Part shown: one piece after another, positions 10,098-22,580 of the stretch
Numbering within the stretch: position 1 is the stretch's first letter
Layout: the number at the start of each line of letters is the position of its first letter
Assembly (NCBI GenBank): GCA_025359985.1
Contig: JANYDB010000012.1
Location: 4,800-68,799, forward strand
From: Burkholderiales bacterium
GTDB taxonomy: Bacteria > Pseudomonadota > Gammaproteobacteria > Burkholderiales > Usitatibacteraceae
Length of the DNA stretch: 64,000 nt
Reading direction: 5' to 3'
Notes under the pieces: model-generated
What the model saw: the letters and a program-made list of their open reading frames with translations, nothing else
The model's database searches: none
Told to the model about the DNA's origin: nothing
Translations under genes and position numbers: made by a program

Positions 10098-10951
10098 GGC
10101 GAATTATCTTCGTCAAACAGTGCAGCAACAGCAGCATGATCAAAGCGGTATTCCTCGTTACACATATCGTCTTTGACGATGATTTCACCTAACTCTGCCA
10201 AGGTGGCATCCAGCTCATGACGACCCAATGAGCGTAACATATTCTTTACTTTTTCTTCATCGCGACGGCAGTCGCTGAACACTAGCTTGGGCTCGTAAAG
10301 TCTGACATCTTCCTCATGGAAAAGCCGCTGCAGTAAAACTTCGGCGTCCAGCATTATTAGCTCATCCGCCCTTACCGAGGCAGCCAATTGCTCAACGCGC
10401 GCCCATCCATCGGGATCTTTCGCGTCCGCCTTGGGCAACTTTTGCAGCAGCAGTGCGCCAGCACCTTGTTCATTGGCGGCTAGCCACAGGTGTGTGGGCA
10501 ATTGTTCGGATTGATCAAAATAGTGTTCAAAACACTCGGCCACCGTAAGGCCTGAAACTGGCACGATACTTTGATACATTTGTCCGGTTTCAGCGTGCGC
10601 AACGGTTAATGCCACACGCCCACCGCTCACCCACTCTGCAAATGTTGCCGAGCAAGCGGTAGTTTCAAATGAAGCCATGCCGCGAATTCCCAATGCATCG
10701 GTACAATCCACCACCGCCAGCTTGGCAATAGCCCCACCCTGAATTTGTAAAGTTGCGCGGCCTTGATGTTTTAGCCCCGCACCAACGAGTACAGATACAC
10801 AGGCCATTTCACCCAAATAACTCACCACATGCGACGGATAATTCCGACCTGCGATCAGACCGCGCCACGCATCGGAAAGCCTAACCACTTGCCCGCGAAT
10901 CTCAAGATTTTCAAGCGTAAAGCGACAACTGAAATCGGTTATGTTATTCAT
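10094..10951 (-). CDS. hslO: Hsp33-like chaperone with a degenerate zinc/cysteine switch
   Basis: Similarity to Hsp33 runs along the whole length as I recall the E. coli sequence (RFTLENLEIRGQVVRL, YFDQSEQLPTHLWL, LLQRLFHEEDVRLYEP). The C-terminus keeps only 2 of the 4 switch cysteines. Confidence 0.75.
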   Translation of the reverse strand: MNNITDFSCRFTLENLEIRGQVVRLSDAWRGLIAGRNYPSHVVSYLGEMACVSVLVGAGLKHQGRATLQIQGGAIAKLAVVDCTDALGIRGMASFETTACSATFAEWVSGGRVALTVAHAETGQMYQSIVPVSGLTVAECFEHYFDQSEQLPTHLWLAANEQGAGALLLQKLPKADAKDPDGWARVEQLAASVRADELIMLDAEVLLQRLFHEEDVRLYEPKLVFSDCRRDEEKVKNMLRSLGRHELDATLAELGEIIVKDDMCNEEYRFDHAAVAALFDEDNSP

Positions 10952-11098
10952 GAAAGGGTTTCATGGCTTGAAAGCCGCGCCAGTGCTGGTGTTTGGAAGA
11001 GGTCTCATTTGCGCCGATAATTTTGGCGCGTTTCCTTGAACCCGGGCGGGAGCAGGTACCGTAAGAAGAGGAAATCATCGCCCGCGTTAAATAACAAT

Positions 11099-12547
11099 TC
11101 AGGGTTTTTTTATAGGTCGCGTCCAGTCGGGCCTAGTCGCTTGGATTTTCGGGTTCAAAGTGAGTTCGCCCGCTGCAGCATCTTTCCACACGGTCGTTCC
11201 CGCCGCGATCGTTGCACCTTTGCCAACGACAATTGGCGCCACTAATTGCACATCAGAACCAATGTGCACGTTATCTTGGATGACAGTCCGATGTTTGTTG
11301 GCGCCATCATAATTACAGGTGATGGTGCCTGCGCCAATGTTGACATTTTCGCCAACGGTCGCATCACCAACATAAGATAAGTGATTTGCTTTAGAACCTG
11401 AACCAACAATACTCGCTTTGACTTCTACAAAGTTGCCAATGTGTACGCCATCTGCGAGCGTGGTGTCGGGACGAATTCGGGCATAGGGCCCGATGCGGGC
11501 GTGTTGGCCAATTTCAGCCCCGTCAATAAATGAAAATGGCAATATTTCCGTACCCTCCCCTATTTTACAATTTCTCAAAATGCAATTAGCACCGATTTTG
11601 GTGCGCGCGTCTAGATGAACGCGACCTTCAAAAATACAGTTCACATCAATTGTGACGTCTTCAGCCGTCGTTAATTCACCGCGCACATCGAACCTTGCAG
11701 GATCTATCAACATGACCCCTGCCGACATCAAACGCTCAGCCTTTTCATGCTGAAATATCCGCTCCAATTGGGCGAGCTGCTCCTTGGTGTTGACGCCTGC
11801 GATTTCGAACTCGGTATCCGGTGACAATGTTTGCACAGCACAGCCTTCAGCAACGGCGAGAGCCAAAATATCCGTTAAATAATATTCGCCTTGCGCGTTG
11901 CGATTACCTAATTGCGGCAGCCATTTTTTGAGCAGCACCGTCGGACAGGCCAGGAAACCCGTATTAATTTCGTGGATAGTGCGCTCAGCATCAGTGGCAT
12001 CTTTGTCTTCAATAATGCCGATGACCTGGCCCTTGCCTTCATCATCACCCCGCCTTTGATGGTTGCGCAAAATGCGCCCAAGCCCATCGGGATTGGCTAC
12101 CGTCATGGTTAGCCAGGCGAGCGTATGTTGATGTGCGACTGCCGCCAGCTTGGCTAGTGTGGAAGCGCGAATGAGCGGAACGTCGCCATATAGCACTAGT
12201 GTAATGCCCGTGGACGGCAATTGCGGCAATGCCTGTAATACCGCATGGCCAGTGCCGAGTTGCGGATCTTGTTTGATCCAGACAAGCGGCTGATCCATAA
12301 ATGCTGCGCGCACGGCCTCTCCGCCGTGACCATACACAACATAAATTTTATCCGGGAACAACTGAGCTGCAGCTGCGAACACATGCGCCAACATGGGCTT
12401 ACCTGCAAGCGGATGCAAGACTTTGGGTAACGCAGATTTCATGCGCTTGCCTTGCCCTGCGGCTAGAACAACAACGCTAAGTGTTTTGTTGTCGGGCGTT
12501 TGGGCGGACGCCATATTTAAATCGATGGGCTGGGTTGCAGAAGTCAT
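11099..12547 (-). CDS. glmU: Bifunctional UDP-N-acetylglucosamine diphosphorylase / glucosamine-1-phosphate N-acetyltransferase
   Basis: It has LAAGQGKRMKS at the N-terminus and left-handed beta-helix hexapeptide repeats at the C-terminus. It lies directly downstream of atpC, as in many proteobacteria. Confidence 0.93.
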   Translation of the reverse strand: MTSATQPIDLNMASAQTPDNKTLSVVVLAAGQGKRMKSALPKVLHPLAGKPMLAHVFAAAAQLFPDKIYVVYGHGGEAVRAAFMDQPLVWIKQDPQLGTGHAVLQALPQLPSTGITLVLYGDVPLIRASTLAKLAAVAHQHTLAWLTMTVANPDGLGRILRNHQRRGDDEGKGQVIGIIEDKDATDAERTIHEINTGFLACPTVLLKKWLPQLGNRNAQGEYYLTDILALAVAEGCAVQTLSPDTEFEIAGVNTKEQLAQLERIFQHEKAERLMSAGVMLIDPARFDVRGELTTAEDVTIDVNCIFEGRVHLDARTKIGANCILRNCKIGEGTEILPFSFIDGAEIGQHARIGPYARIRPDTTLADGVHIGNFVEVKASIVGSGSKANHLSYVGDATVGENVNIGAGTITCNYDGANKHRTVIQDNVHIGSDVQLVAPIVVGKGATIAAGTTVWKDAAAGELTLNPKIQATRPDWTRPIKKP

Positions 12548-12603
12548 GTTTGCAAGCTCTCAACGAATCTATTAACCAGACAGCGTGCGAAAATTAGTCC
12601 GCA

Positions 12604-12639
12604 CAAAAAGAAAAAGGCAGCGGGGATTAATCCGCTGCC
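12604..12639 (-). terminator. Rho-independent terminator after atpC
   Basis: The stem ggcagcgg / ccgctgcc (12616-12639) is followed on the minus strand by a T-rich run. Confidence 0.75.
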
Positions 12640-12693
12640 TAAAATTGTATTTCGCCTCTAAACCGTTACGGCAATTTATTGTACCGCAATTAT

Positions 12694-13110
12694 TTATTTT
12701 CTGCGCAATTTTTGAATAGCCTGTAACTGAGCAGCCAACTGAGCCAACTCGGCCACCACAAGCGCCCTGTCTTGACCGCTTGCGCGGTTAGTAAGCGCTT
12801 CTTCAGCTTGCCGTTTAGCTTCTTTAACTTTAGCCTCATCCAAGTCACGCGCTCGGATTGAGGTATCTGCCAAAATGGTTAAACCTTTAGGCTGCACTTC
12901 TAAAATGCCGCCAGATACATAGATGACTTCATCATGCTCTTGGCCTGCCAGTTTTACCTTAACCGTTCCGGGGCGGATTCGGGTCAGCAATGGAGTATGA
13001 CCGGGCAAAATTCCCAGCTCGCCCGTTTCACCGGGTGCTACAACCATCTCGGCTTCACCTGAGAAGATTGCCTGTTCGGCAGAAACAATATTTACGTGCA
13101 AAGTTGCCAT
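12694..13110 (-). CDS. atpC: F1 ATP synthase epsilon subunit
   Basis: The sequence ([18 protein letters not shown]...) and its position after atpD support the call. Confidence 0.93.
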   Translation of the reverse strand: MATLHVNIVSAEQAIFSGEAEMVVAPGETGELGILPGHTPLLTRIRPGTVKVKLAGQEHDEVIYVSGGILEVQPKGLTILADTSIRARDLDEAKVKEAKRQAEEALTNRASGQDRALVVAELAQLAAQLQAIQKLRRK

Positions 13111-13234
13111 GATAATTTCAGTTCGCTTTTGTTTTCCAGCTTCACGGTTTTTTGTTTACAAAAACAATCTGGCTCAGCCAGTGGTTTTACAAACCAGGCT
13201 CGACGAAAGTAGGGGTTCGCTTTCGTCAAAAGGT

Positions 13235-14668
<1,434 letters not shown>

Positions 14669-14714
14669 CTAAACTAAATTTTATTCAAATTCTGTATTCG
14701 GCGGGAGCTTGCGA

Positions 14715-15578
14715 CTAAACAGCCGCAGCACCGCCAACGATTTCTGATAACTCTTTGGTGATAGCAGCTTGACGCGCTTTGTTGTAAGTCAACTTCAAGT
14801 CGTCAATCACTTTTTTTGCATTATCAGTGGCTGATTTCATGGCAACCATGCGGGCTGATTGCTCCGATGCAATATTTTCTGATACCGCCTGATAAATAAT
14901 GGCTTCAACATAGCGGACCAACAATTCATCCAGCACTACTTGTGGGTCTGGTTCATAAATATAATCCCACGAAGAATCTGGCACACCCAGTTTGTCGCCC
15001 GTCAGCGGAAGCAACTGTTCGCAAACCGCCTCTTGCTTCATAGTGTTAATAAATTGGGTGTAACACAGATAAAGTGCGTCGATTTTGCCTTCGCTAAATG
15101 CGTCAAGCTGAATTTTTACAGGGCCAATCATTTTGTCCAGATGAGGCTTGTCGCCCAAGCCCAGCACATGCGAAACAACCGGGATTCCATAGCGCTGCAA
15201 GAATGAAAACCCTTTGGCACCAATCGCGGTAGCCTGAACTTTGGCATTGCCGCCTTCCCACTCTTTAACCTTATTCACCAACAAACGCATCACGTTGGTG
15301 TTTAAACCTCCGCACAAACCTTTGTCTGAGGTAACCATGATAACGCCGATGTTGCGAACCAAATCTCGCTTCATCAAAAATGGATGTTTGTAATCCGGAT
15401 TTGCATGCGATAAGTTGGCCGCTACACTACGAATCTTTTCGCCGTACGGACGAGCTGCGCGCATACGCTCCTGCGCCTTGCGCATCTTGGCTGCAGCGAC
15501 CATCTCCATGGCCTTAGTGATCTTGCGCGTATTTTCTACGCTCTTGATCTTAGTACGAATTTCTTTTGAGCCTGCCAT
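14715..15578 (-). CDS. atpG: F1 ATP synthase gamma subunit
   Basis: It has [29 protein letters not shown] at the N-terminus and [14 protein letters not shown] at the C-terminus. Confidence 0.96.
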   Translation of the reverse strand: MAGSKEIRTKIKSVENTRKITKAMEMVAAAKMRKAQERMRAARPYGEKIRSVAANLSHANPDYKHPFLMKRDLVRNIGVIMVTSDKGLCGGLNTNVMRLLVNKVKEWEGGNAKVQATAIGAKGFSFLQRYGIPVVSHVLGLGDKPHLDKMIGPVKIQLDAFSEGKIDALYLCYTQFINTMKQEAVCEQLLPLTGDKLGVPDSSWDYIYEPDPQVVLDELLVRYVEAIIYQAVSENIASEQSARMVAMKSATDNAKKVIDDLKLTYNKARQAAITKELSEIVGGAAAV

Positions 15579-15685
15579 AGTGTCTCTGAACTGTTGATAA
15601 GCCGTTAGTCGTTTTAAACGGTAGGTATGCAGCGAGCAAATTTACGCGTTAATGATTTGCCCGCTCATCAATGACTCTAGAAAGT

Positions 15686-17233
15686 CTAGTAGGCGCCCGT
15701 TTTCTTGAAGTCTGCAACGGCTGCGTGCAATGCTTTTTCATCTGCCTCGGACAAATTGTTAGCTTTGTCGATGGAATCAATTAAGGCAGCATATTTTGAT
15801 TTCACAAAATCACGCAGTGATTTTTCAAACGCGAGCGCTTTGCTTACTTCTACATCGTCCATGTAATTATTGTTCACCGCGAACAAGCTCAACGCCATTT
15901 CCCAAACCTGCATCGGCGAATACTGCGCCTGTTTCATTAACTCGGTGACCAACTTGCCGCGCTCAAGCTGCTTGCGTGTGGCTTCATCCAGATCAGATGC
16001 GAACTGCGCAAACGCGGCCAATTCACGATATTGCGCCAACGCCAAGCGCACGCCTGCGCCAGTATCCTTACGCTTCATGATCTTGGTCTGCGCCGCACCG
16101 CCCACGCGCGACACCGATACTCCGGCGTTAATCGCTGGGCGAATACCGGCGTTAAACAAATCAGTTTCCAGGAAAATCTGGCCGTCAGTAATCGAGATCA
16201 CGTTGGTCGGCACGAACGCCGAAACGTCACCCGCCTGGGTTTCAATAATCGGCAAGGCGGTCAATGAACCGGTTTTGCCTTTAACTGCGCCGTTGGTAAA
16301 TTTCTCAACATAATCTTCATTGACACGAGCAGAACGCTCAAGCAAGCGCGAGTGCAAATAAAACACATCACCCGGATAGGCTTCACGGCCCGGCGGGCGA
16401 CGCAGCAACAGCGAAATTTGACGATACGCAACAGCTTGCTTAGAAAGATCGTCATAAATAATCAGTGCATCTTCACCACGATCACGGAAATATTCGCCCA
16501 TCGTGCAGCCCGAATACGGCGCCACGAATTGCATTGCAGCCGATTCAGACGCGGATGATGCCACCACAATCGTGTAGCTCATCGCGTCATGCTCTTCGAG
16601 CTTGCGCACCACGTTGGCAATAGTAGATGCTTTTTGACCTACCGCAACGTAAACGCAGGTAACGTCTTTGCCTTTTTGGTTAATGATTGCGTCAATCGCG
16701 ACCGCCGTTTTACCGGTTTGACGGTCCCCAATAATCAATTCGCGCTGACCACGACCGACTGGAACCATTGCGTCAATGGATTTCAAACCGGTTTGGAGCG
16801 GCTGTGAAACTGATTTACGGGCAATAACGCCGGGCGCTACCTTCTCAATAATGTCGGTCATCTTGGCGTTGATCGGACCTTTGCCGTCAATCGGCTGACC
16901 CAATGCATTAACAACACGGCCTTTGAGTTCAGGGCCAACGGGCACGTCCAAAATACGGCCCGTACACTTGACAGTATCGCCTTCGGAAATATGCTGATAT
17001 TCACCTAAGACCACCGCGCCGACCGAGTCGCGCTCAAGGTTCAGCGCGAGACCGAAAGTGCCACCAGGGAATTCCAGCATTTCACCCTGCATGGCGTCAG
17101 CCAAGCCGTGCACGCGGCAAATACCATCGGTCACTGAGATAACGGTACCTTCGGAACGCTTTTCAGCGGCCGTAGGCATAGCTTGAATTTTTGACTTAAT
17201 CAGTTCGCTGATTTCGGCGGCGTTGATTTGCAT
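15686..17233 (-). CDS. atpA: F1 ATP synthase alpha subunit
   Basis: It has Walker A GDRQTGKT and a canonical alpha-subunit sequence. Confidence 0.97.
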   Translation of the reverse strand: MQINAAEISELIKSKIQAMPTAAEKRSEGTVISVTDGICRVHGLADAMQGEMLEFPGGTFGLALNLERDSVGAVVLGEYQHISEGDTVKCTGRILDVPVGPELKGRVVNALGQPIDGKGPINAKMTDIIEKVAPGVIARKSVSQPLQTGLKSIDAMVPVGRGQRELIIGDRQTGKTAVAIDAIINQKGKDVTCVYVAVGQKASTIANVVRKLEEHDAMSYTIVVASSASESAAMQFVAPYSGCTMGEYFRDRGEDALIIYDDLSKQAVAYRQISLLLRRPPGREAYPGDVFYLHSRLLERSARVNEDYVEKFTNGAVKGKTGSLTALPIIETQAGDVSAFVPTNVISITDGQIFLETDLFNAGIRPAINAGVSVSRVGGAAQTKIMKRKDTGAGVRLALAQYRELAAFAQFASDLDEATRKQLERGKLVTELMKQAQYSPMQVWEMALSLFAVNNNYMDDVEVSKALAFEKSLRDFVKSKYAALIDSIDKANNLSEADEKALHAAVADFKKTGAY

Positions 17234-17281
17234 TTAAAACTCCGATACTTAAATTCTGAATTTTGTTTTTGCCCAAGTACG

Positions 17282-17818
17282 TTATTGCACTAGAGATTGA
17301 GCCATCTTGTTTAATGTGTCGCGCACCGAGGCATGAACCACATCATCCCCCACCTGCACGCGCGCACCACCGATCAGCGTTTCATCCACCATCACGACCG
17401 CTTCAACGCGTTTACCGTATTTTTTCGCCAACGCTTCGACCATGCCCGCTTTGTCCGCATCCGACATCGGGAACGCGCTGGTAATCGTCGCCTTCACCAC
17501 ACCATCATGTTCACGCTGCAAACGCTCAAAATGCTCGGCAATAAACGGCAGCAATGATGCCTTACCGTTGCCAATCAAAAGTAATACCGCGTTTGCCAAT
17601 GGTACAGGCACATTTCCGCCCGCAACACTGCTCATCAGGTTCGCTTTTTCGGTCGAACTCACGTTCGGGTTACTGACCAGTGAGGCCATTTGTGGATTCG
17701 AGGCAATGACGCCGAACGACTTCAGCTTGGCACCAACGCCCACAACATCATTGCCGTCCACCGCCGAGCGAAAAATCGCCTCGGCATAGGGACGGGCAAC
17801 GGTAGTCAGCTCAGCCAT
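17282..17818 (-). CDS. atpH: F1 ATP synthase delta subunit
   Basis: It has an OSCP/delta-like N-terminus (TVARPYAEAIF) and the expected operon position. Confidence 0.92.
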   Translation of the reverse strand: MAELTTVARPYAEAIFRSAVDGNDVVGVGAKLKSFGVIASNPQMASLVSNPNVSSTEKANLMSSVAGGNVPVPLANAVLLLIGNGKASLLPFIAEHFERLQREHDGVVKATITSAFPMSDADKAGMVEALAKKYGKRVEAVVMVDETLIGGARVQVGDDVVHASVRDTLNKMAQSLVQ

Positions 17819-18288
17819 TACAGTTGCGCCCTCAATTGACTCAGCATGTCCGCGTGCACCTTGGCATCTACTTCGCGCTTCAGGATTTTTTCAGCGCCGG
17901 CGATCGCCAGGACAGCCACTTGGTCACGGAGCTGTTCTTTAGCTTTTTGCTTTTCCATCTCGATTTGGGCATGCGCCGCCGCAATGATGCGATCGGCTTC
18001 CACCTTGGCTTGCACCTTGGCTTCGTCAATTTGCACTTGTGCCTGTTTGTCGTTCAACGCTTTCATTTCAGTCGCGGCTTGACGCGCCTCTTTCATCATC
18101 GCGTCTTTTTGCTTCTGGCCTTCAGCGAGCGCGGCTTTGCCTTTTTCGGCTTCGGCCAAACCTTCGGCGATTTTCTTGTTGCGGGCATCAATGGCCGTCA
18201 TTAACGGCGGCCAAATGAATTTGTACGCAAATGCAATGAGCAAGGCAAACCACACCGCCATCGCAAACAACGTCGCATTGGGCATCAT
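17818..18288 (-). CDS. atpF: F0 ATP synthase subunit b
   Basis: It has a single N-terminal TM helix followed by a long charged coiled coil, and the expected operon position. Confidence 0.92.
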   Translation of the reverse strand: MMPNATLFAMAVWFALLIAFAYKFIWPPLMTAIDARNKKIAEGLAEAEKGKAALAEGQKQKDAMMKEARQAATEMKALNDKQAQVQIDEAKVQAKVEADRIIAAAHAQIEMEKQKAKEQLRDQVAVLAIAGAEKILKREVDAKVHADMLSQLRAQL

Positions 18289-18336
18289 AACGACGACCCT
18301 TTCATCAGATCAGTCAAATAAATGGGAAAAGGAGAA

Positions 18337-18603
<267 letters not shown>

Positions 18604-18679
18604 TTATATTTTCCTTTCGAGGTCGAAAACAATTGCTAGTTTAAGTTACATTAATTACAAATTATTGAATCAAATCGGG

Positions 18680-19504
<825 letters not shown>

Positions 19505-19888
19505 TTAGCGAATAATAAAAACTGCAAGCCAATGGCCCAATAAAGTTACACCCACCGCAGCCACCAGCCAGCCCGCAAAGAACCCACCGCTGGCTAGCGC
19601 ACACCATAACAATATGAGCATGACGATTATTTTTGCCGCTTCTGCCAACACGTGCCGACGCAGCACATTGCCTGCTGAAGTTGCGGAGACTTTAGATTCC
19701 CTTGCCAAAGCTGCGTATACAAGGCTGCTCATCAATACCGCAACACCACCTGTGAGCGCTGAGATAAAAGCGATTTGCCCTTCCGCAACACTAGCAATCG
19801 CCGCGAATATTAGCGCTAACAATACTTGAAGAAGAAAAACCTTTTGGTAAAGCCGTTCCAGAGAATCCGTCAGCATCAAACACCTCAA
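19505..19888 (-). CDS. atpI: ATP synthase protein I
   Basis: It is a small four-TM protein and the first gene of the atp operon. Confidence 0.8.
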   Translation of the reverse strand: MRCLMLTDSLERLYQKVFLLQVLLALIFAAIASVAEGQIAFISALTGGVAVLMSSLVYAALARESKVSATSAGNVLRRHVLAEAAKIIVMLILLWCALASGGFFAGWLVAAVGVTLLGHWLAVFIIR

Positions 19889-20091
19889 AAAACTTTAGAT
19901 CTTGCTTTAACCAACGCCACTCACAAAGCACAACGATTATAAGCGCTGAATCATATTCCAGTCAAACCCTTTTGACGCGGCGCAACATGATTTCAAGTGC
20001 GGGTAAGCGCTTGATAGCAAAGCGCTATATTTTACTATTCTGCATATTATTGAGGCGCTTTATACCACAACATTGCCAATATAAAATCGCG

Positions 20092-20949
20092 TTATTTAAG
20101 CTTGACGCGCTCCAGTATGCCGTCGAGGTGTTCGTAATTCATAAACTTGATCGTTAATGAACCCTTGCCTTTTTTATCTGCCTTAATAGATACGTGCGTG
20201 CCCAACTTTTCGGCCAAGTCATTTTCCAGTTGACGGGTATCCACATCAACAGTCATTGTTGTCTTTGATGCTTTAAGCGGTGTGCTTTGGGCTTTAACTA
20301 AACGTTCAGCCTCACGTACGCTTAGGTTTTTATGCACAATTTGATGCGCCAATTCGACTTGCCTGGATTTGACGAGCGACAGCAACGCGCGCGCGTGGCC
20401 CATATCAAGCTTGCCTTCCATGACCATATCCTGCACGGGCTTCGCAAGTTCCAGCAGGCGCAATAAATTTGACACCGCCGTACGAGAGCGGCCCACCGCC
20501 TGCGCCGCCTCCTCGTGAGTAAGCTTGAATTCCTCAATTAGGCGCTGAATGCCGGCGGCCTCTTCCATCGCGTTTAAATCTTCACGCTGAATATTTTCGA
20601 TGAGGCCGATTCCGAGTGCGGCATCATCGGCAATCTCGCGCACCAGCACCGGCACGGTGGCAAGGCCTGCAATTTGCGCGGCACGCCAGCGACGCTCACC
20701 AGCGATAATTTCAAATTTGCCGTCAGTAACCTCTCGGGTCAGGATCGGCTGCACAATGCCGCGCTGCCTGATCGACTGGGCCAACTCTTCAAGTGCGGCT
20801 TTATCCATGCGCGTACGCGGTTGATATTTGCCGGGCTTTAAGTCGCCAATTGGCAATTCGCGCAATTCGCTAGGTGCCGCCGACTCATCTGATTTAGCGC
20901 CACCTAAAAGCGCATCAAGACCACGGCCAAGTGCTTTATTTTTAATCAT
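20092..20949 (-). CDS. parB: Chromosome partitioning protein ParB
   Basis: It has the ParB box (QPRT..., IIAGERRWRAA) and an HTH (LTHEEAAQAVGRSRTAVSNLLRLL). It overlaps parA by 4 bp. Confidence 0.95.
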   Translation of the reverse strand: MIKNKALGRGLDALLGGAKSDESAAPSELRELPIGDLKPGKYQPRTRMDKAALEELAQSIRQRGIVQPILTREVTDGKFEIIAGERRWRAAQIAGLATVPVLVREIADDAALGIGLIENIQREDLNAMEEAAGIQRLIEEFKLTHEEAAQAVGRSRTAVSNLLRLLELAKPVQDMVMEGKLDMGHARALLSLVKSRQVELAHQIVHKNLSVREAERLVKAQSTPLKASKTTMTVDVDTRQLENDLAEKLGTHVSIKADKKGKGSLTIKFMNYEHLDGILERVKLK

Positions 20950-21755
20950 GCTACCGCTTCCACGTTATCTTCCGCATTAACAGACTCTTTAATTTCAATA
21001 CCCTGGCGACCAAGCAATTCTCTTGCGAAAGCCATATGGGCGACTGCGCCTTTTGATGTAGGGTCATACAGAATCACGGGCTTGCCGTATGACGGCGCTT
21101 CAGCAATGCGGATATTGCGTGGAATAACCGTATCAAAAACTTTATTGCCAAAATGGTTTTTTATTTCATCCGAAACCTGATGGGTGAGCGAGGAGCGCGG
21201 GTCATACATGGTTCGTACCAATGCTTCAATCTCAATCTTGGGATTCAGGTTTGCCTTTACTTTACGCAGCGTGCCAACCAAATCACTCAAGCCTTCCAGC
21301 GCGTAGTATTCACATTGCATCGGAATGATGACAGAGTCTGCTGCGGTCAGGGCATTTACGGTCAACATATTGAGCGCAGGTGGGCAATCAATCACCACAA
21401 AATCATAATCTTCCACAACGGTCGCAAGCGCTTCTTTTAATCTGAACTCACGATGATCAATATTGATCATTTCAATTTCAGCACCTGCCAACTCGCGGTT
21501 TGCGGGCAAAACATCATAGCGACCCGGCGCACGCACACGCGCTTCGACAACGCTATATTCGCCCAACAAAACGCCATACAGGGTTTTGGCAACACCGTTT
21601 TTATCAATGCCGCTCCCGGTTGTCGCGTTACCCTGCGGATCAAGATCAATCAATAAAGCGCGTTGACCATAATGCGCCAACGTGGCCGAGAGATTAACGG
21701 CGACCGAGGTCTTGCCTACTCCCCCTTTTTGATTAGCAACTGCAAATATTTTCAT
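20946..21755 (-). CDS. parA: Chromosome partitioning ATPase ParA/Soj
   Basis: It has the deviant Walker A NQKGGVGKTS and a canonical ParA sequence. Confidence 0.95.
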   Translation of the reverse strand: MKIFAVANQKGGVGKTSVAVNLSATLAHYGQRALLIDLDPQGNATTGSGIDKNGVAKTLYGVLLGEYSVVEARVRAPGRYDVLPANRELAGAEIEMINIDHREFRLKEALATVVEDYDFVVIDCPPALNMLTVNALTAADSVIIPMQCEYYALEGLSDLVGTLRKVKANLNPKIEIEALVRTMYDPRSSLTHQVSDEIKNHFGNKVFDTVIPRNIRIAEAPSYGKPVILYDPTSKGAVAHMAFARELLGRQGIEIKESVNAEDNVEAVA

Positions 21756-22504
21756 ATCCTGCTTTCTTTGATCTTTTCTTCGGTTTGTTCGTCAGCTTGT
21801 TGTTTAACTTTTTTAAGAACAATTAAATGTCGTTCTCCGTCTACTTGCGGCACATACAGTTTTATCACCGCACTGACTTGAAAACTCATTGCTGAATTTT
21901 CAGCCAGACGAGCCATTTCATCATGCGGATAAACGCCCTTCATCGCAAACATCAGGCCATCTTCAGCAGCTAAATGTGCAGCATTATTTACAAAATTCGA
22001 CAGCTCCGCAAACGCACGGGAAACAACGATATCGAATTTTTTCAATGGTGAAAAACGTTCTACGCGCGCGCACTCTACCTGAGCATTTTTCAAATCCAGC
22101 TCACTGATGGCCTGTCGGATAAAAACCGTTTTCTTTTGCTGACTATCAAGCATCGTTATCTGCATATCCGGCCGCGCAATGGCAAGCGGCAAGCCAGGTA
22201 ATCCGCCGCCGGTTCCAACATCAAGCATCGTTCTTGCCAAACCCACGTGCGGCAACAAGGCAAGGCTGTCAAGGATATGCAAGCCGATCATTCGTACCGG
22301 CTCGCGCACGGCGGTGAGGTTATAAGTTTTATTCCATTTGTCGAGCAACGAAACGTACTGCAACAATCTTTGCTGTTGTTCCGCTGATAGCAACCAGCCG
22401 GCACTGTTTAGCCCATTATTGAGTACGGTGGCGTGTGATATTTCAGATTTTATGCTGCCAATAAGATTGGACATGGGGGCTTTTGATACTTTGCTAAACG
22501 CCAA
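21752..22504 (-). CDS. rsmG: 16S rRNA m7G527 methyltransferase RsmG (GidB)
   Basis: It has LLDKWNKTYNLTAV and the SAM motif LDVGTGGGLPGLPLA. The start may instead be the internal Met at 22474. Confidence 0.92.
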   Translation of the reverse strand: MAFSKVSKAPMSNLIGSIKSEISHATVLNNGLNSAGWLLSAEQQQRLLQYVSLLDKWNKTYNLTAVREPVRMIGLHILDSLALLPHVGLARTMLDVGTGGGLPGLPLAIARPDMQITMLDSQQKKTVFIRQAISELDLKNAQVECARVERFSPLKKFDIVVSRAFAELSNFVNNAAHLAAEDGLMFAMKGVYPHDEMARLAENSAMSFQVSAVIKLYVPQVDGERHLIVLKKVKQQADEQTEEKIKESRI

Positions 22505-22580
22505 ACACTTAAAAGCTGGCAGACCCGTAACAAAAACCCGCCTGTATACGCGCCTGGAATGCGCGCTTGGTATAACGAAT

